Shown: positions 31,130 through 40,477 of the stretch, piece after piece | How the letters are laid out: each line of letters opens with the position of its first letter | How positions within the stretch are numbered: the first letter of the stretch is position 1 | Origin: Promethearchaeia archaeon | GTDB lineage: Archaea > Asgardarchaeota > Lokiarchaeia > Sigyniarchaeales > SOKP01 | Length of the DNA: 64,000 nucleotides | Direction of reading: 5' to 3' | NCBI GenBank assembly: GCA_029856155.1 | Contig: JAHQWL010000040.1 | Location: 96,001-160,000, forward strand | The notes under the pieces: model-generated | Database searches by the model: none | What the model was told of the DNA's origin: nothing | What the model saw: only the letters and a program-made list of their open reading frames with translations | Translations under genes and position numbers: made by a program

Positions 31130-32335
31130 TTACATTAAAGATAAAACAATCTTGTTCTGTGCTTTTAGCATATCTTTCATTATGAGTTCCATAGCCTCTT
31201 TAATATCTGGATTATCTTCAGGAATACTACGCTTTGCATTCACACTTGCCATTAAGACTTCATTTAATCCGCGTAAAATCATATCAGGGCTGTACCAGGG
31301 GCGTTTCGATGCCCACCATTGCTGACAGCTGTGAATTCCACGATCCAACAAGTTTCTTGCATTATCAAATATTCTTTTCTTCTCTTCATTCATACCATCG
31401 CGATATTTTGCTGCTAAATGAATTAATGTAAGGGCGTACATGAAAAATCTATGTTGTTCTATATGAATTTCATTATTTGGGTCGAGCCATAAAGGGAACG
31501 GGATGTCACTAGCAATATCGTAGGGCATTGTGGACCAACTAGAATCTCGTGGAACCTGAGTAAACCCTTTAGGAAATTTATCCACTATTTCCGAAACGGT
31601 ACATAATTTCACATCGTCTCTATGCGGTAGAGCTTGAAAAAGAGGTATGAGGAAGTCCTTTATTGCGTGTTTTACGTGATGCCCAAAAGTTTCACCGTCC
31701 ATCGCAAGGAGACTATATGTGTCCTCAGGACTATTCGTATATTTTAACCTATTGGTAAAAGCATCTATATTGTTAATCTTATCAAAAGCGCAGTCAATTG
31801 ATGTATAATCATCTCTAAACAGCACTCTTAATCCATTTGGATGCACGGATATATGGTTTGTAGGGAATTCTGGCAATGTATTAGCAATACCGCTCATGAT
31901 CATCCAATCAAAACCCTCCTTCTTGACGGTTTTAAACACCTCTTCTGAAACAGCCATTTCGGGTGGAAAAAAACCACGAGGTTTAAAAAGCTTCCCGAAA
32001 AATTGTTCGTTAGTTTCATTATTGAGTTGTATCTGACGCCTTATTTCGGGCTCGGGAATAAGGGGGAGTAAAGGGTGAAATTTACCCGAACCTGTAAATT
32101 CAATTTGCCCTCTAGATGCCAATGTAGTAATTGATCCTATTAGATCATCATAACCATAATCATGTAATTGCTCAGTCAATGTTCCATTTATGTTTAACGT
32201 AATCTTAGCTTCTGGATGATCTCGTAAAGCCTCAATTATCGGCTTGTACGATTCTTTCACGATTTGTTTTATTACCAAAGGAATTTGCACAGGTGGTTGG
32301 TAAATATGAAATAAAAAAGCGAAATAAACTACCAT
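31130..32335 (-). CDS. Glycoside hydrolase family 57 (alpha-amylase/amylopullulanase-like)
   Basis: HIYQP, HPLLPLI, GFFPPEMA, AMDGETFGHH, SCQQWWAS. Confidence 0.92.
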   Translation of the reverse strand: MVVYFAFLFHIYQPPVQIPLVIKQIVKESYKPIIEALRDHPEAKITLNINGTLTEQLHDYGYDDLIGSITTLASRGQIEFTGSGKFHPLLPLIPEPEIRRQIQLNNETNEQFFGKLFKPRGFFPPEMAVSEEVFKTVKKEGFDWMIMSGIANTLPEFPTNHISVHPNGLRVLFRDDYTSIDCAFDKINNIDAFTNRLKYTNSPEDTYSLLAMDGETFGHHVKHAIKDFLIPLFQALPHRDDVKLCTVSEIVDKFPKGFTQVPRDSSWSTMPYDIASDIPFPLWLDPNNEIHIEQHRFFMYALTLIHLAAKYRDGMNEEKKRIFDNARNLLDRGIHSCQQWWASKRPWYSPDMILRGLNEVLMASVNAKRSIPEDNPDIKEAMELIMKDMLKAQNKIVLSLM

Positions 32336-32441
32336 ATAATAATCTAAAACTCCTACTTTTTTTAATCTTTTTAGGTTTATTCTTAAAAATTTTAGTAAAT
32401 ATTAATGATTTTAAAGGGTGAGTATATAATATTAGTTGAGT

Positions 32442-33608
32442 TTATATAGTAACATGAATAAATGGAAAAATTAGGTAAAATATATACAAAATGATAATTA
32501 TTAAAATATAGATAAGAACTAGAATAATATATCGTAATTTTTTATTTTTAAAGATAGAGAGAGACTCTATAAACTTTATTGAAATAACTTTTGGAAGGAA
32601 AAATCCTGTATTTAAGTAATAATTCTGAAATTCATCAGGATATTTCTTGTTTAATCTAAGATCCCCAAAATCAGAGTAGAGAATCATAAGAAAGACGAAT
32701 TGTATCCAAGTTACAATGTTTCCTATTCTGACACCATACAAAATAAAAAACGGAAAGGTCATAATTATTATTGCTAAATTTTGCGGATGCCGAATATATT
32801 TATAAACACCTTGTTGAACTAGACTTTTTTCCTTTTTAAGCCAATAGACTAATTGGGCTATTGAAATTGTAAATAGAATTAATCCGGTAAGAAATATAAT
32901 CATTTTAATTATTAAAAATGCTTCAGAGTAAATAAACGAGCAATGTAAATAAGTATTCAACCAGATTGTACTTATATTTAAAACATATGAAGACATGAAA
33001 AGGCTTAAAAAGAGGGTAGGGTCAGCAAAATACCAAGAGATATCATAAAAATAGAAAATAACACATTCTATCCCTATAAAAAACAGCATTGGAGATACTA
33101 TAACAGCAAATACCGAACTAAATAGCACAAAGGAATTAAAAAATTTCAAATATAATTTGTAATACTTTATACTAATTATTATTATGTCGACAAAAATAAT
33201 AATTAACACAAAACCACCAAATCTTACGACTTCTAATTCGAAATCTAAAATACCATAACCTATCAAAATGGAAAGTAAAAACATAATTAAAAACAAAAAA
33301 AGACTTCCGAAAAGTAAATCTATCCCAATTTGAGAGTAAAAATTGGTACCTTTAATCGTCTCCTGTCTAGAGATAAATGTGAATTCTGGATTTTTTTTAT
33401 TTTTATAGAATGTTGGATAGAAAAAAATAAGAAATAAAAATAAAATGCAGATTATGGGAATTATGATAGGATTTAACCTAAAAATTAAAGTGTTTTCTAT
33501 TTTAAATATTATAAAACTTAGCGAAATTGCCCCAATTATTAATTCAAAACAAAATAATATGATTGAAGTATACCATATAATTTTGAATTCAATATGAAAA
33601 ATCTTCAT
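32442..33608 (-). CDS. Multi-pass membrane protein with ICMT/PEMT-like methyltransferase domain
   Basis: LVQQGVYKYIRHPQN and KKYPDEFQNYYLNTGFFLP. Confidence 0.7.
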   Translation of the reverse strand: MKIFHIEFKIIWYTSIILFCFELIIGAISLSFIIFKIENTLIFRLNPIIIPIICILFLFLIFFYPTFYKNKKNPEFTFISRQETIKGTNFYSQIGIDLLFGSLFLFLIMFLLSILIGYGILDFELEVVRFGGFVLIIIFVDIIIISIKYYKLYLKFFNSFVLFSSVFAVIVSPMLFFIGIECVIFYFYDISWYFADPTLFLSLFMSSYVLNISTIWLNTYLHCSFIYSEAFLIIKMIIFLTGLILFTISIAQLVYWLKKEKSLVQQGVYKYIRHPQNLAIIIMTFPFFILYGVRIGNIVTWIQFVFLMILYSDFGDLRLNKKYPDEFQNYYLNTGFFLPKVISIKFIESLSIFKNKKLRYIILVLIYILIIIILYIFYLIFPFIHVTI

Positions 33609-33724
33609 ATTCCTCTTTACATAATTATAAACAAACTAAATAAAAAAAATTTTACTTTGTTTAACATCAAGATATTTAGAAGATAAGAGTTAATTAATAA
33701 AGATTATTATAGAGTTGTGAATAG

Positions 33725-33955
33725 ATGATTAAGAAATTTTATTATGTAGGAGCCGTTATCGGGTTAATTATTGGAATAATATTAGGAGTAGAGGCGGGTA
33801 AATGGATCGGTGGATGTGGGAGTATCCCAGGAGGTACTGGATGTAATTACGCCGCCAATTTTCTTTTAACAGGTATGGTCGTAGGAGCCTTGTTAGGTTC
33901 ATTAGGAGGGATATTAATAAGGAATATTATTTATAAAATAAGATTAAGGTATTAA
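33725..33955 (+). CDS. Small two-TM Gly-rich membrane protein
   Basis: Two hydrophobic GxxxG helices with a Cys-flanked loop. Confidence 0.55.
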   Translation: MIKKFYYVGAVIGLIIGIILGVEAGKWIGGCGSIPGGTGCNYAANFLLTGMVVGALLGSLGGILIRNIIYKIRLRY

Positions 33956-34031
33956 AACACAATTTACTTATAGATAATGAACTCATAATAGGAAAAAGGA
34001 ATTATTTATATACCTTAATAATTAGAAAATT

Positions 34032-34784
34032 TTAATGATTATTTGGAAACAAATCATAGATTTCTCTCATTTTATCGATAGTTATTTGTCCGGGAGCTGT
34101 CTTTTCTTCCAAGGACGCGTAGGTTAAAAATGAACCAAGAGAGACGCACATAATACGAGAAAAAATCCCCATGGGGCCCATACAAAACGAGATAAGTTTT
34201 TGTGAAGAATTTGAGAATTGTTTACATAATCTTAAAGGGATTATATTGTCTTCAAAAGTGTGTGCAGTAAATATAACTTTATAGATATAATTTTGATATC
34301 TTTCTGGATCTTGAGCAAACTTCTGAATTACTGTATCATTGAACTTGTGGATAAGGGTGATTGCTTCCTCATATGTTAATGTTCTTTCTAAATTATGGTT
34401 GGAAAAGATAATATTGACCCCTTTTTGGGAAGCTAACTTGATAATTTCGTTTAAAAAACTATAATCGGTATTCATTTCAATGTCAATATAATCTGGTTTA
34501 GGCTCTATAAGCATTTTCAAGATTTTCAAGCGTTCTTTTTGATGGATTTTGAGTTGACCACCTTCAGATGAGTCTCTTAAAGTGAATATAACAGCAGCAT
34601 GAGGATGAATAATATTTAGTAAATCTCTTACGAAATCCACTGAAAAAGTTTTAATATTAGAAATATAATCAAATCTTAATTCAATTAGGTTAGGTTTTGA
34701 TTTTACTGCTTTCTCAATTAATGGCCTAACTTCTTTAATACTTGTATATTTAATAGGTATCGAGATACAAAGATTATATTTCAT
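34032..34784 (-). CDS. aroD: Type I 3-dehydroquinate dehydratase
   Basis: IELRFD, IFTLRDSSEGG, SNHN, FCMG...SRI, TAPGQI. Confidence 0.92.
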   Translation of the reverse strand: MKYNLCISIPIKYTSIKEVRPLIEKAVKSKPNLIELRFDYISNIKTFSVDFVRDLLNIIHPHAAVIFTLRDSSEGGQLKIHQKERLKILKMLIEPKPDYIDIEMNTDYSFLNEIIKLASQKGVNIIFSNHNLERTLTYEEAITLIHKFNDTVIQKFAQDPERYQNYIYKVIFTAHTFEDNIIPLRLCKQFSNSSQKLISFCMGPMGIFSRIMCVSLGSFLTYASLEEKTAPGQITIDKMREIYDLFPNNH

Positions 34785-34812
34785 GATTTAGTTCGAATTC
34801 GAAAGAAAAATT

Positions 34813-35466
34813 TTATATTTCTATAATTTTCTTTATATCATCTTCAGTGAAACTCAAAGTATCTGTAGCATCAACTTTTTTTAATTTTCCCCTTTTCTTA
34901 TAATATTTAATTAACGGCTTTGCATTTTTTTCATAAGCGTCTAATCTATTTTTCAATGTCTCTTCATTATCATCAGCTCTTTGCTCAAACTTTATTTCAG
35001 CACCACATTTATCGCAAAAACCTTCTACTTTTGGTGGGAGTGTATATTTATTGTATATTTCCCCACATTTATTACAACCATACCTGCCCAATATTCGCTT
35101 AAATATAATATCTCGGGAAACTTGTAGTAAAAGAAGTAAATCTATTTCAGTTATATCTGTTAATGCTTCTGCTTGAGGTACTGTTCGTGGAAATCCATCA
35201 AGAATAAAACCATTTTTTTTAACATCCTCTCTATTTAACCTTTCCCTAACCATTTCAATAGTAACATTGTCGGGTACTAATTCTCCCTTATCCATATAGC
35301 TTTTTGCTTTTAATCCTAGAGATGTTTCGTTTTTTAGATTTTCCCGAAATATATCTCCAGTACTTATATGAACAATTTCAGGAGCCACTTTTTTAATCTG
35401 TCCTGAAAAGGTGCCTTTTCCCGCTCCAGGTGGTCCAAATAATATTAATTTTTTCATCTTAATCAA
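34813..35466 (-). CDS. adk: Adenylate kinase, bacterial/eukaryotic type with zinc LID
   Basis: GPPGAGKGT, HISTGDIFR, GFILDGFPRT, CNKC...CDKC, QRADD. Confidence 0.95.
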   Translation of the reverse strand: MIKMKKLILFGPPGAGKGTFSGQIKKVAPEIVHISTGDIFRENLKNETSLGLKAKSYMDKGELVPDNVTIEMVRERLNREDVKKNGFILDGFPRTVPQAEALTDITEIDLLLLLQVSRDIIFKRILGRYGCNKCGEIYNKYTLPPKVEGFCDKCGAEIKFEQRADDNEETLKNRLDAYEKNAKPLIKYYKKRGKLKKVDATDTLSFTEDDIKKIIEI

Positions 35467-35545
35467 TTAGTTTTATTTATAATCTGTAGATTATTTAATT
35501 GGACATTAATTAAAATTATTTTGCCTAAATATGTTTTAGCAAAAT

Positions 35546-36133
35546 TTATCCAGTAAAATAAGAATTTTCTATTTTTTTTACCAAATATTCAACCAATCTT
35601 TTTTCTCTTGAGCTAAATAGGGTGGTAAAATCTGTTTTTATAGAAGAACCATAATAAGAGTTCCCAAAAAACGTATTTGCTTTTTGTATTGAGTCTATTA
35701 GTAATTTTTTATTTCCTACATGAAGATAAATAGATATATCATTAACAATTAATATTGATGTTGGATTATCATTAAATGATTTTAAAATTTTAAAAGTCTT
35801 TTTATAATTTTTACACGCGTTTTCATAAAGATCTTTAATATTTCTAGCATTAAGGCGTGGTGGGATAATTTCGCCTTTAAAATGAAGGTTATTACATTTA
35901 ACACTATTCTTGTAGAAGTCTTTGATTTTACCTCCAATTTTAATATTGTTAATAATACTATGAGGGGGAGCAAAATCTAATATACTTATATCTTTTAGAT
36001 CAAAATATTTTGATTCTATGAGAAACTGAATAAATTTTGCTGTACAATAAGTCTTTTTAGTGTTAGTTTCTCCGTAAAGTAGAGTATGATGTCCAATACA
36101 TTCTTTATAACTTAAAGATGATTTAAATTTCAT
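35546..36133 (-). CDS. Hypothetical protein with degenerate P-loop
   Basis: HTLLYGETNTKKT, ILDFAP, LIVNDISIYLH. Confidence 0.6.
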   Translation of the reverse strand: MKFKSSLSYKECIGHHTLLYGETNTKKTYCTAKFIQFLIESKYFDLKDISILDFAPPHSIINNIKIGGKIKDFYKNSVKCNNLHFKGEIIPPRLNARNIKDLYENACKNYKKTFKILKSFNDNPTSILIVNDISIYLHVGNKKLLIDSIQKANTFFGNSYYGSSIKTDFTTLFSSREKRLVEYLVKKIENSYFTG

Positions 36134-36161
36134 AAAAATTGTTTAATTTTGTATTTATTTT

Positions 36162-36743
36162 TTAAAAAAAATCCTCCCAGGTGATTTTTGCTTGTTTCAA
36201 GACAATTAGAATTATAAATCCCATTATAGATCCCGGGATACAACTTAATGCAAATAAACTCCAATATGTAAATAAACTCTCAATCGCAAAAATACTTCCA
36301 ATAGGTGCAATTAAATGTCCAATAGTTCCACCTAAAAAGATAGTTCCCAATGGTTCTGTAAAAGCGGCTAATTCAACATATTTAGGATATTTTTTACGTA
36401 AAAGGGAAGAAAAAATTCCAACTATAAATGCTCCAGTTATACCCCCATGAAACGCATGAATAGTCCCAATTCCAATCGAAAAACGAAGGATCGCAATACC
36501 TAATGCTACTATACATGAAAAAGTCAGACCAACCAAAACTCCTGTTATAGCATTAATAAAGTGAGCAAATGGGTTAATCTTTATACCGAAAATATAAAAA
36601 TATCCAAATGGATTTAGGTAACTTAAAACCAATCCAACTGCTATAAAAATTCCTGAAGCTGCGACTTTTCTATTTATACTGGTGTTAAAAAATCGTTTCT
36701 CTTCATTTATTCCTTCTATATTGTTAGGAACTTTCTCACTCAT
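36162..36743 (-). CDS. thiW: ECF transporter S-component, ThiW-like
   Basis: PFAHFINAITGVLVG, GTIHAFHGG, EPLGT. Confidence 0.8.
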   Translation of the reverse strand: MSEKVPNNIEGINEEKRFFNTSINRKVAASGIFIAVGLVLSYLNPFGYFYIFGIKINPFAHFINAITGVLVGLTFSCIVALGIAILRFSIGIGTIHAFHGGITGAFIVGIFSSLLRKKYPKYVELAAFTEPLGTIFLGGTIGHLIAPIGSIFAIESLFTYWSLFALSCIPGSIMGFIILIVLKQAKITWEDFF

Positions 36744-36871
36744 TTTTAGATCAGCAGTTTAAATTTATATCTCTTATTAAGTTTCAATAATCTACAAAGT
36801 TCTTTAAAATTTAATCATTTTTTAAATTAATAAATATTTTATCATAATTTTTATCAATAAGCAACTAAATT

Positions 36872-37546
36872 ATGAATCTTGGAGAGCATATAATAAATCC
36901 TACTAAGATTATTTGTGTTGGTACAAATTATATGGATCATATTAAAGAAACCAAATTAGATATCCCAAAAGAACCAGTTCTGTTTCCAAAAACATTAAAT
37001 TGCCTGGTTTCAAATAATAAGCCAATAATATATCCTAAATTTTTGTTTGATAATCGAAAATATAATAGAGTAGATTATGAAGTAGAGTTGGCTTTCATTA
37101 TAAAAGATAAATGTAAAAGTGTTCCAAAAGAAGAAGCATACAATTATATACTAGGTTATACAGTATTTAATGACATTACTGCGCGAAAAATGCAAGCGAA
37201 AGATATTGTTTCTAAATTGCCATGGTTTCGTTCTAAATCATTCGATACTTTTGGGCCAATTGGTCCAAGAATAGTTGATACTAATGAAATCAAAGATCCC
37301 CATACCTTAAATATCGAATTGAGGCTAAATGGAGAGATTAAACAATTTTCTAACACTAAGCATCTATTATTTAAAATTCCCAAACTTATAGAGTATATTT
37401 CAACATTTTTTACCCTTGAGCCTGGAGACATTGTAGCTACAGGAACACCAAGTGGAATTGGGCCTGTACAACCAGGCGATCTTATTGAAGCAACAATAGA
37501 AAAGATAGGAACTCTTACTAATAAAGTAGTTATGGAAGGTGAGTAA
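36872..37546 (+). CDS. Fumarylacetoacetate hydrolase family protein
   Basis: KIICVGTNYMDH, DYEVEL, NDITAR, KSFDTFGPIGP, TGTPSG. Confidence 0.92.
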   Translation: MNLGEHIINPTKIICVGTNYMDHIKETKLDIPKEPVLFPKTLNCLVSNNKPIIYPKFLFDNRKYNRVDYEVELAFIIKDKCKSVPKEEAYNYILGYTVFNDITARKMQAKDIVSKLPWFRSKSFDTFGPIGPRIVDTNEIKDPHTLNIELRLNGEIKQFSNTKHLLFKIPKLIEYISTFFTLEPGDIVATGTPSGIGPVQPGDLIEATIEKIGTLTNKVVMEGE

Positions 37547-37549
37547 AAA

Positions 37550-38227
37550 ATTAATATCAAAATTGGAGAAAAAGAGATAAGTCCTACAAAAATAATTTGT
37601 TTGGGACGTAATTATGTAGATCATGCAAAGGAGATGAAAGCAGAAATACCAGAGAATCCAGTGTTCTTCGGAAAAACGATTAATACATTGGTGACTGATG
37701 GGAATCCAATTATCTATCCTAAAATACTGTATGAAACTCAAGAATTTAATCAAGTGGATCATGAAGTAGAATTAGCATTTATAATTTCTCAGAAATGTAA
37801 GAATATTCAAACTGAGTATGCTCATGAATATATTGAAGGTTACTCCATTTTTCTAGATATAACCGCTAGGAAAATGCAGATAAGTGATAGAAATATTAAT
37901 TTGCCATGGTATAGAAGCAAAAATTTCGATACGTTTGGGGTCATTGGCCCGAGAATCGTACCTTTTGGTGAGATTGAAGATCCTCATAATTTAAATATTG
38001 AATTAAAAGTTAATGGAGAAGTTCGTCAACAATCAAATACTAAATATATGATTTTTAAAATTCCAGAAATTTTAGCGTATCTTTCCAAATTTGTCACTTT
38101 AGTCCCAGGAGATATTGTTGCAACAGGTACACCTAGTGGAGTAAGCCCAATCCAACCCGGAGATGTTATTAAAGCCTCAATTGATCAAATTGGAACGATC
38201 ACACATAAAGTTATTTTGGGTGAATAA
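37550..38227 (+). CDS. Fumarylacetoacetate hydrolase family protein (tandem paralog), probable ATT start
   Basis: Frame extends to INIKIGEKEISPTKIICLGRNY, homologous to the paralog N-terminus and bounded by TAA 37544; GGTGA SD 7 nt before ATT 37550. Confidence 0.88.
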   Translation: MNIKIGEKEISPTKIICLGRNYVDHAKEMKAEIPENPVFFGKTINTLVTDGNPIIYPKILYETQEFNQVDHEVELAFIISQKCKNIQTEYAHEYIEGYSIFLDITARKMQISDRNINLPWYRSKNFDTFGVIGPRIVPFGEIEDPHNLNIELKVNGEVRQQSNTKYMIFKIPEILAYLSKFVTLVPGDIVATGTPSGVSPIQPGDVIKASIDQIGTITHKVILGE

Positions 38228-38338
38228 AGTTAAGGGATAATTATTCAGGCTAAAAAGAATTAAAACTTATTTTTTTTTATCAGAATTTATTTAAACAAGT
38301 ATTTTTATTATTTTCAGTAGTAGAATATTAGATATAGA

Positions 38339-39481
38339 ATGCCGAAAAAAGTATTAATAGCTTCTGAATCAGCTTATCGTAGGAATTTATTATCTGAAAT
38401 GCTTTCTTCACATGATAAAATAATTATAGCTGGTATTGCGCGAAATGGACAAGAAGTATTCAATATCATTAGAACGATAGAACTTGATGTGTTAATTCTC
38501 GATATTGAGTATGAAAATAAAGAATGGTTATAATCATTTAATCTTTTAATAGACCAATTCAATATTCCTACTATTGTGTTGACAGATACAAATCCGAAAA
38601 ACGTAAGTTCCTTTGAAATACCAATAATCCAAAAATCTTATGATTATATTGTTAAACCTAGTGGTATATGGAAAAATGTACTCCCAACTATCAAAGAAAA
38701 TCTAATTTCTAAAATTCGAATGATAGATCTCTCTAAAATACAGAAAATTGGCAGTAAATCGAGATTATTAAATAAGGATTCTGTAATTCAGCAAAGTCAG
38801 AAATTGAGAATAAGGAGTGAAATTCAATTAAATAAGATTTTAGAATCATCTTTAGAGGATAGAGCTGAAGAGTTCTTTTTAGAGATATCATCTATTACGA
38901 TAACAAGATTACCTACGCCAATTATTGTTATTGGTGCGAGTGTAGGTAGTCCTAGAACATTAAGAACAATTCTAAGTGAAATTCCTCCCAATTTTCCTGC
39001 ACCAATTTTAGTCGTCCAACATTTAAATCATCTTTTCATGCGTCAATTTGTGATGTCACTTAAGGATATTTGTAAAGTAAATGTAAAAATAGGTATAAAT
39101 TACGAAGAAATAAATCCCGGTACTATTTACTTTTCTCCAGGAGATAAACATATGCAGGTTACGGTTAAAAATGATAAACCTTTCATAAGAACTTTTGAAG
39201 GGGAACCAGTAAACTTCTGTAGACCTTCTGTAGATGTGTTATTTTATTCAACAGCACGTGTATATAAAGAAAAATCCCTTGGTATTTTGTTAACTGGAAT
39301 GGGAAGAGATGGAGTGGCGGGATTAAGAGCGATTAAAGAGGAGGGTGGAAAGACTATAGCAGAATCCAAAGAAACAAGTGTATTATATGGAATGCCTAAA
39401 GTAGCTGCTGAAACTGGAGTAGCAGATTTAATAATACCTAATTACCAGATAGTTAACGAAATGATCAGATTTATTAGTTAA
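38339..39481 (+). pseudogene. cheB: CheB-like receiver + methylesterase interrupted by an in-frame TAA at 38531
   Basis: Both ORF pieces share one frame and are collinear with CheB (LILDIE...IPTIVL; GASVGSP, QHL, RPSVDVLF, LTGMGRDG, YGMPK). Confidence 0.8.
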
Positions 39482-39513
39482 AATTTATTAAGGAAAACCA
39501 ACATTTTATCATA

Positions 39514-39699
39514 ATGAGCTCAGAAATTAGTGAAGAAGTTAAGAAAGAAATTTTTGACTTAATTTCGACTCCTGGAATTGAGATTGAAGATATTAGCGAA
39601 AAGGTAAACTTAGATTGTGATACAATTATGAATATTTTATCTGAAGAATACTTAAAACATGATTTGAATCATGGTCGTAGGCTATGTTGTAGATTTTAA
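39514..39699 (+). CDS. Small hypothetical protein, HTH-like
   Basis: 61 aa; IEIEDISEKVNLDCDTIMNILS. Confidence 0.5.
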   Translation: MSSEISEEVKKEIFDLISTPGIEIEDISEKVNLDCDTIMNILSEEYLKHDLNHGRRLCCRF

Positions 39700-39903
39700 T
39701 TTAATTCTGGAAAAATTTTTTAATGTTGTTTTATTCTAAAACTTACTAAGTTTAAAAAAATATTATTCTAAGAAACTTAGGACGCAAATTTGTGCGGTTT
39801 CAATATAATAAAAATATTGAAATGGAAATAAATTGTAATTTCGCGTTCCTACCTTTTAGAATATTTTTTAAACCCAGATTTATTAAAAAAACGGTGAGAG
39901 TAT

Positions 39904-40471
39904 ATGAGTGAAAAAGGAAAAATTGTTGTAAAGGCTCTTGTGACTGGTGGGAGTGCTTATATTTAATAATCATTTCGATTAAACCCCAAATGCATCAGGA
40001 GGGCCGCCTATTGCATAAAGCGTATCGCTTTTGTCAAATTAAGGTAAAGGTCCCTCCGTAGGCCCCACGGGCATAAATATAAAAGACGTGGTCGACGAAA
40101 TCAACAAGCAGACACAGGTATTTAGGGGGTTAACGGTACCCGTTAGAATTGAATGCGATCCAGAGACAAAGCAATTTGAAATCTTCATTGAAACGCCTTC
40201 TACAGCATCATTATTACTGAAAGAAGTTGGTGTTGAAAAAGGGAGTTCTAGTTGTTCAGAAACAAAAATAGGAAATTTGACACTTGATCAAGTTCAAAAC
40301 GTAGTGAAGGCTAAAACAGATAAATTTTTGGATAAAACAATTAAAGCAGGTATAAAAACAGTGTTAGGTACAGCATTATCAGTGGGGTTAACGGTAGAAG
40401 GGCAAGATCCAAGAGCAATCCAAAAAAAAATAGATAATGGGGAATTTGATGATATCATAAGAGGTGATTAA
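39904..40471 (+). CDS. rpl11: 50S ribosomal protein uL11 split by two BHB introns (exons 39904-39953, 39991-40011, 40048-40471; 164 aa)
   Basis: Spliced N-terminus [46 protein letters not shown] matches the conserved uL11 proline-switch motif; first gene of the L11-L1-L10-L12 cluster. Confidence 0.93.
39954..39990 (+). other. BHB-type mRNA intron 1 of rpl11, 37 nt
   Basis: Helix TGGG(39948-51)/CCCA(39985-88); bulges AG^T and AA^T; internal TTTAAT/ATTAAA stem; contains an in-frame TAA and shifts the frame. Confidence 0.88.
40012..40047 (+). other. BHB-type mRNA intron 2 of rpl11, 36 nt
   Basis: Helix GCCT(40006-09)/AGGT(40042-45); bulges AT^T and AA^A; outer stem GGAGGGCC/GGTCCCTCC; internal AAAGCG/CGCTTT hairpin; in-frame TAA at 40016 and 40040. 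Confidence 0.9.
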
Positions 40472-40477
40472 GAAAAT

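Noticed and set aside
38525-38548. Possible 24-nt BHB intron removing the cheB stop codon
   Set aside because: The pairing is weak and the unspliced translation already has the usual receiver spacing between DIE and IP, so a point nonsense change is simpler.
39904-40087. rpl11 as a pseudogene, or rescued by frameshifting/readthrough
   Set aside because: The inserts are discrete, BHB-bounded and leave intact exons with no other decay; readthrough would put 12 extra residues and two stops in the conserved proline motif.
40088-40471. ORF-track 127-aa uL11 starting at GTG 40088
   Set aside because: It lacks the conserved N-terminal region, which is encoded upstream in exons 1 and 2 and the start of exon 3.
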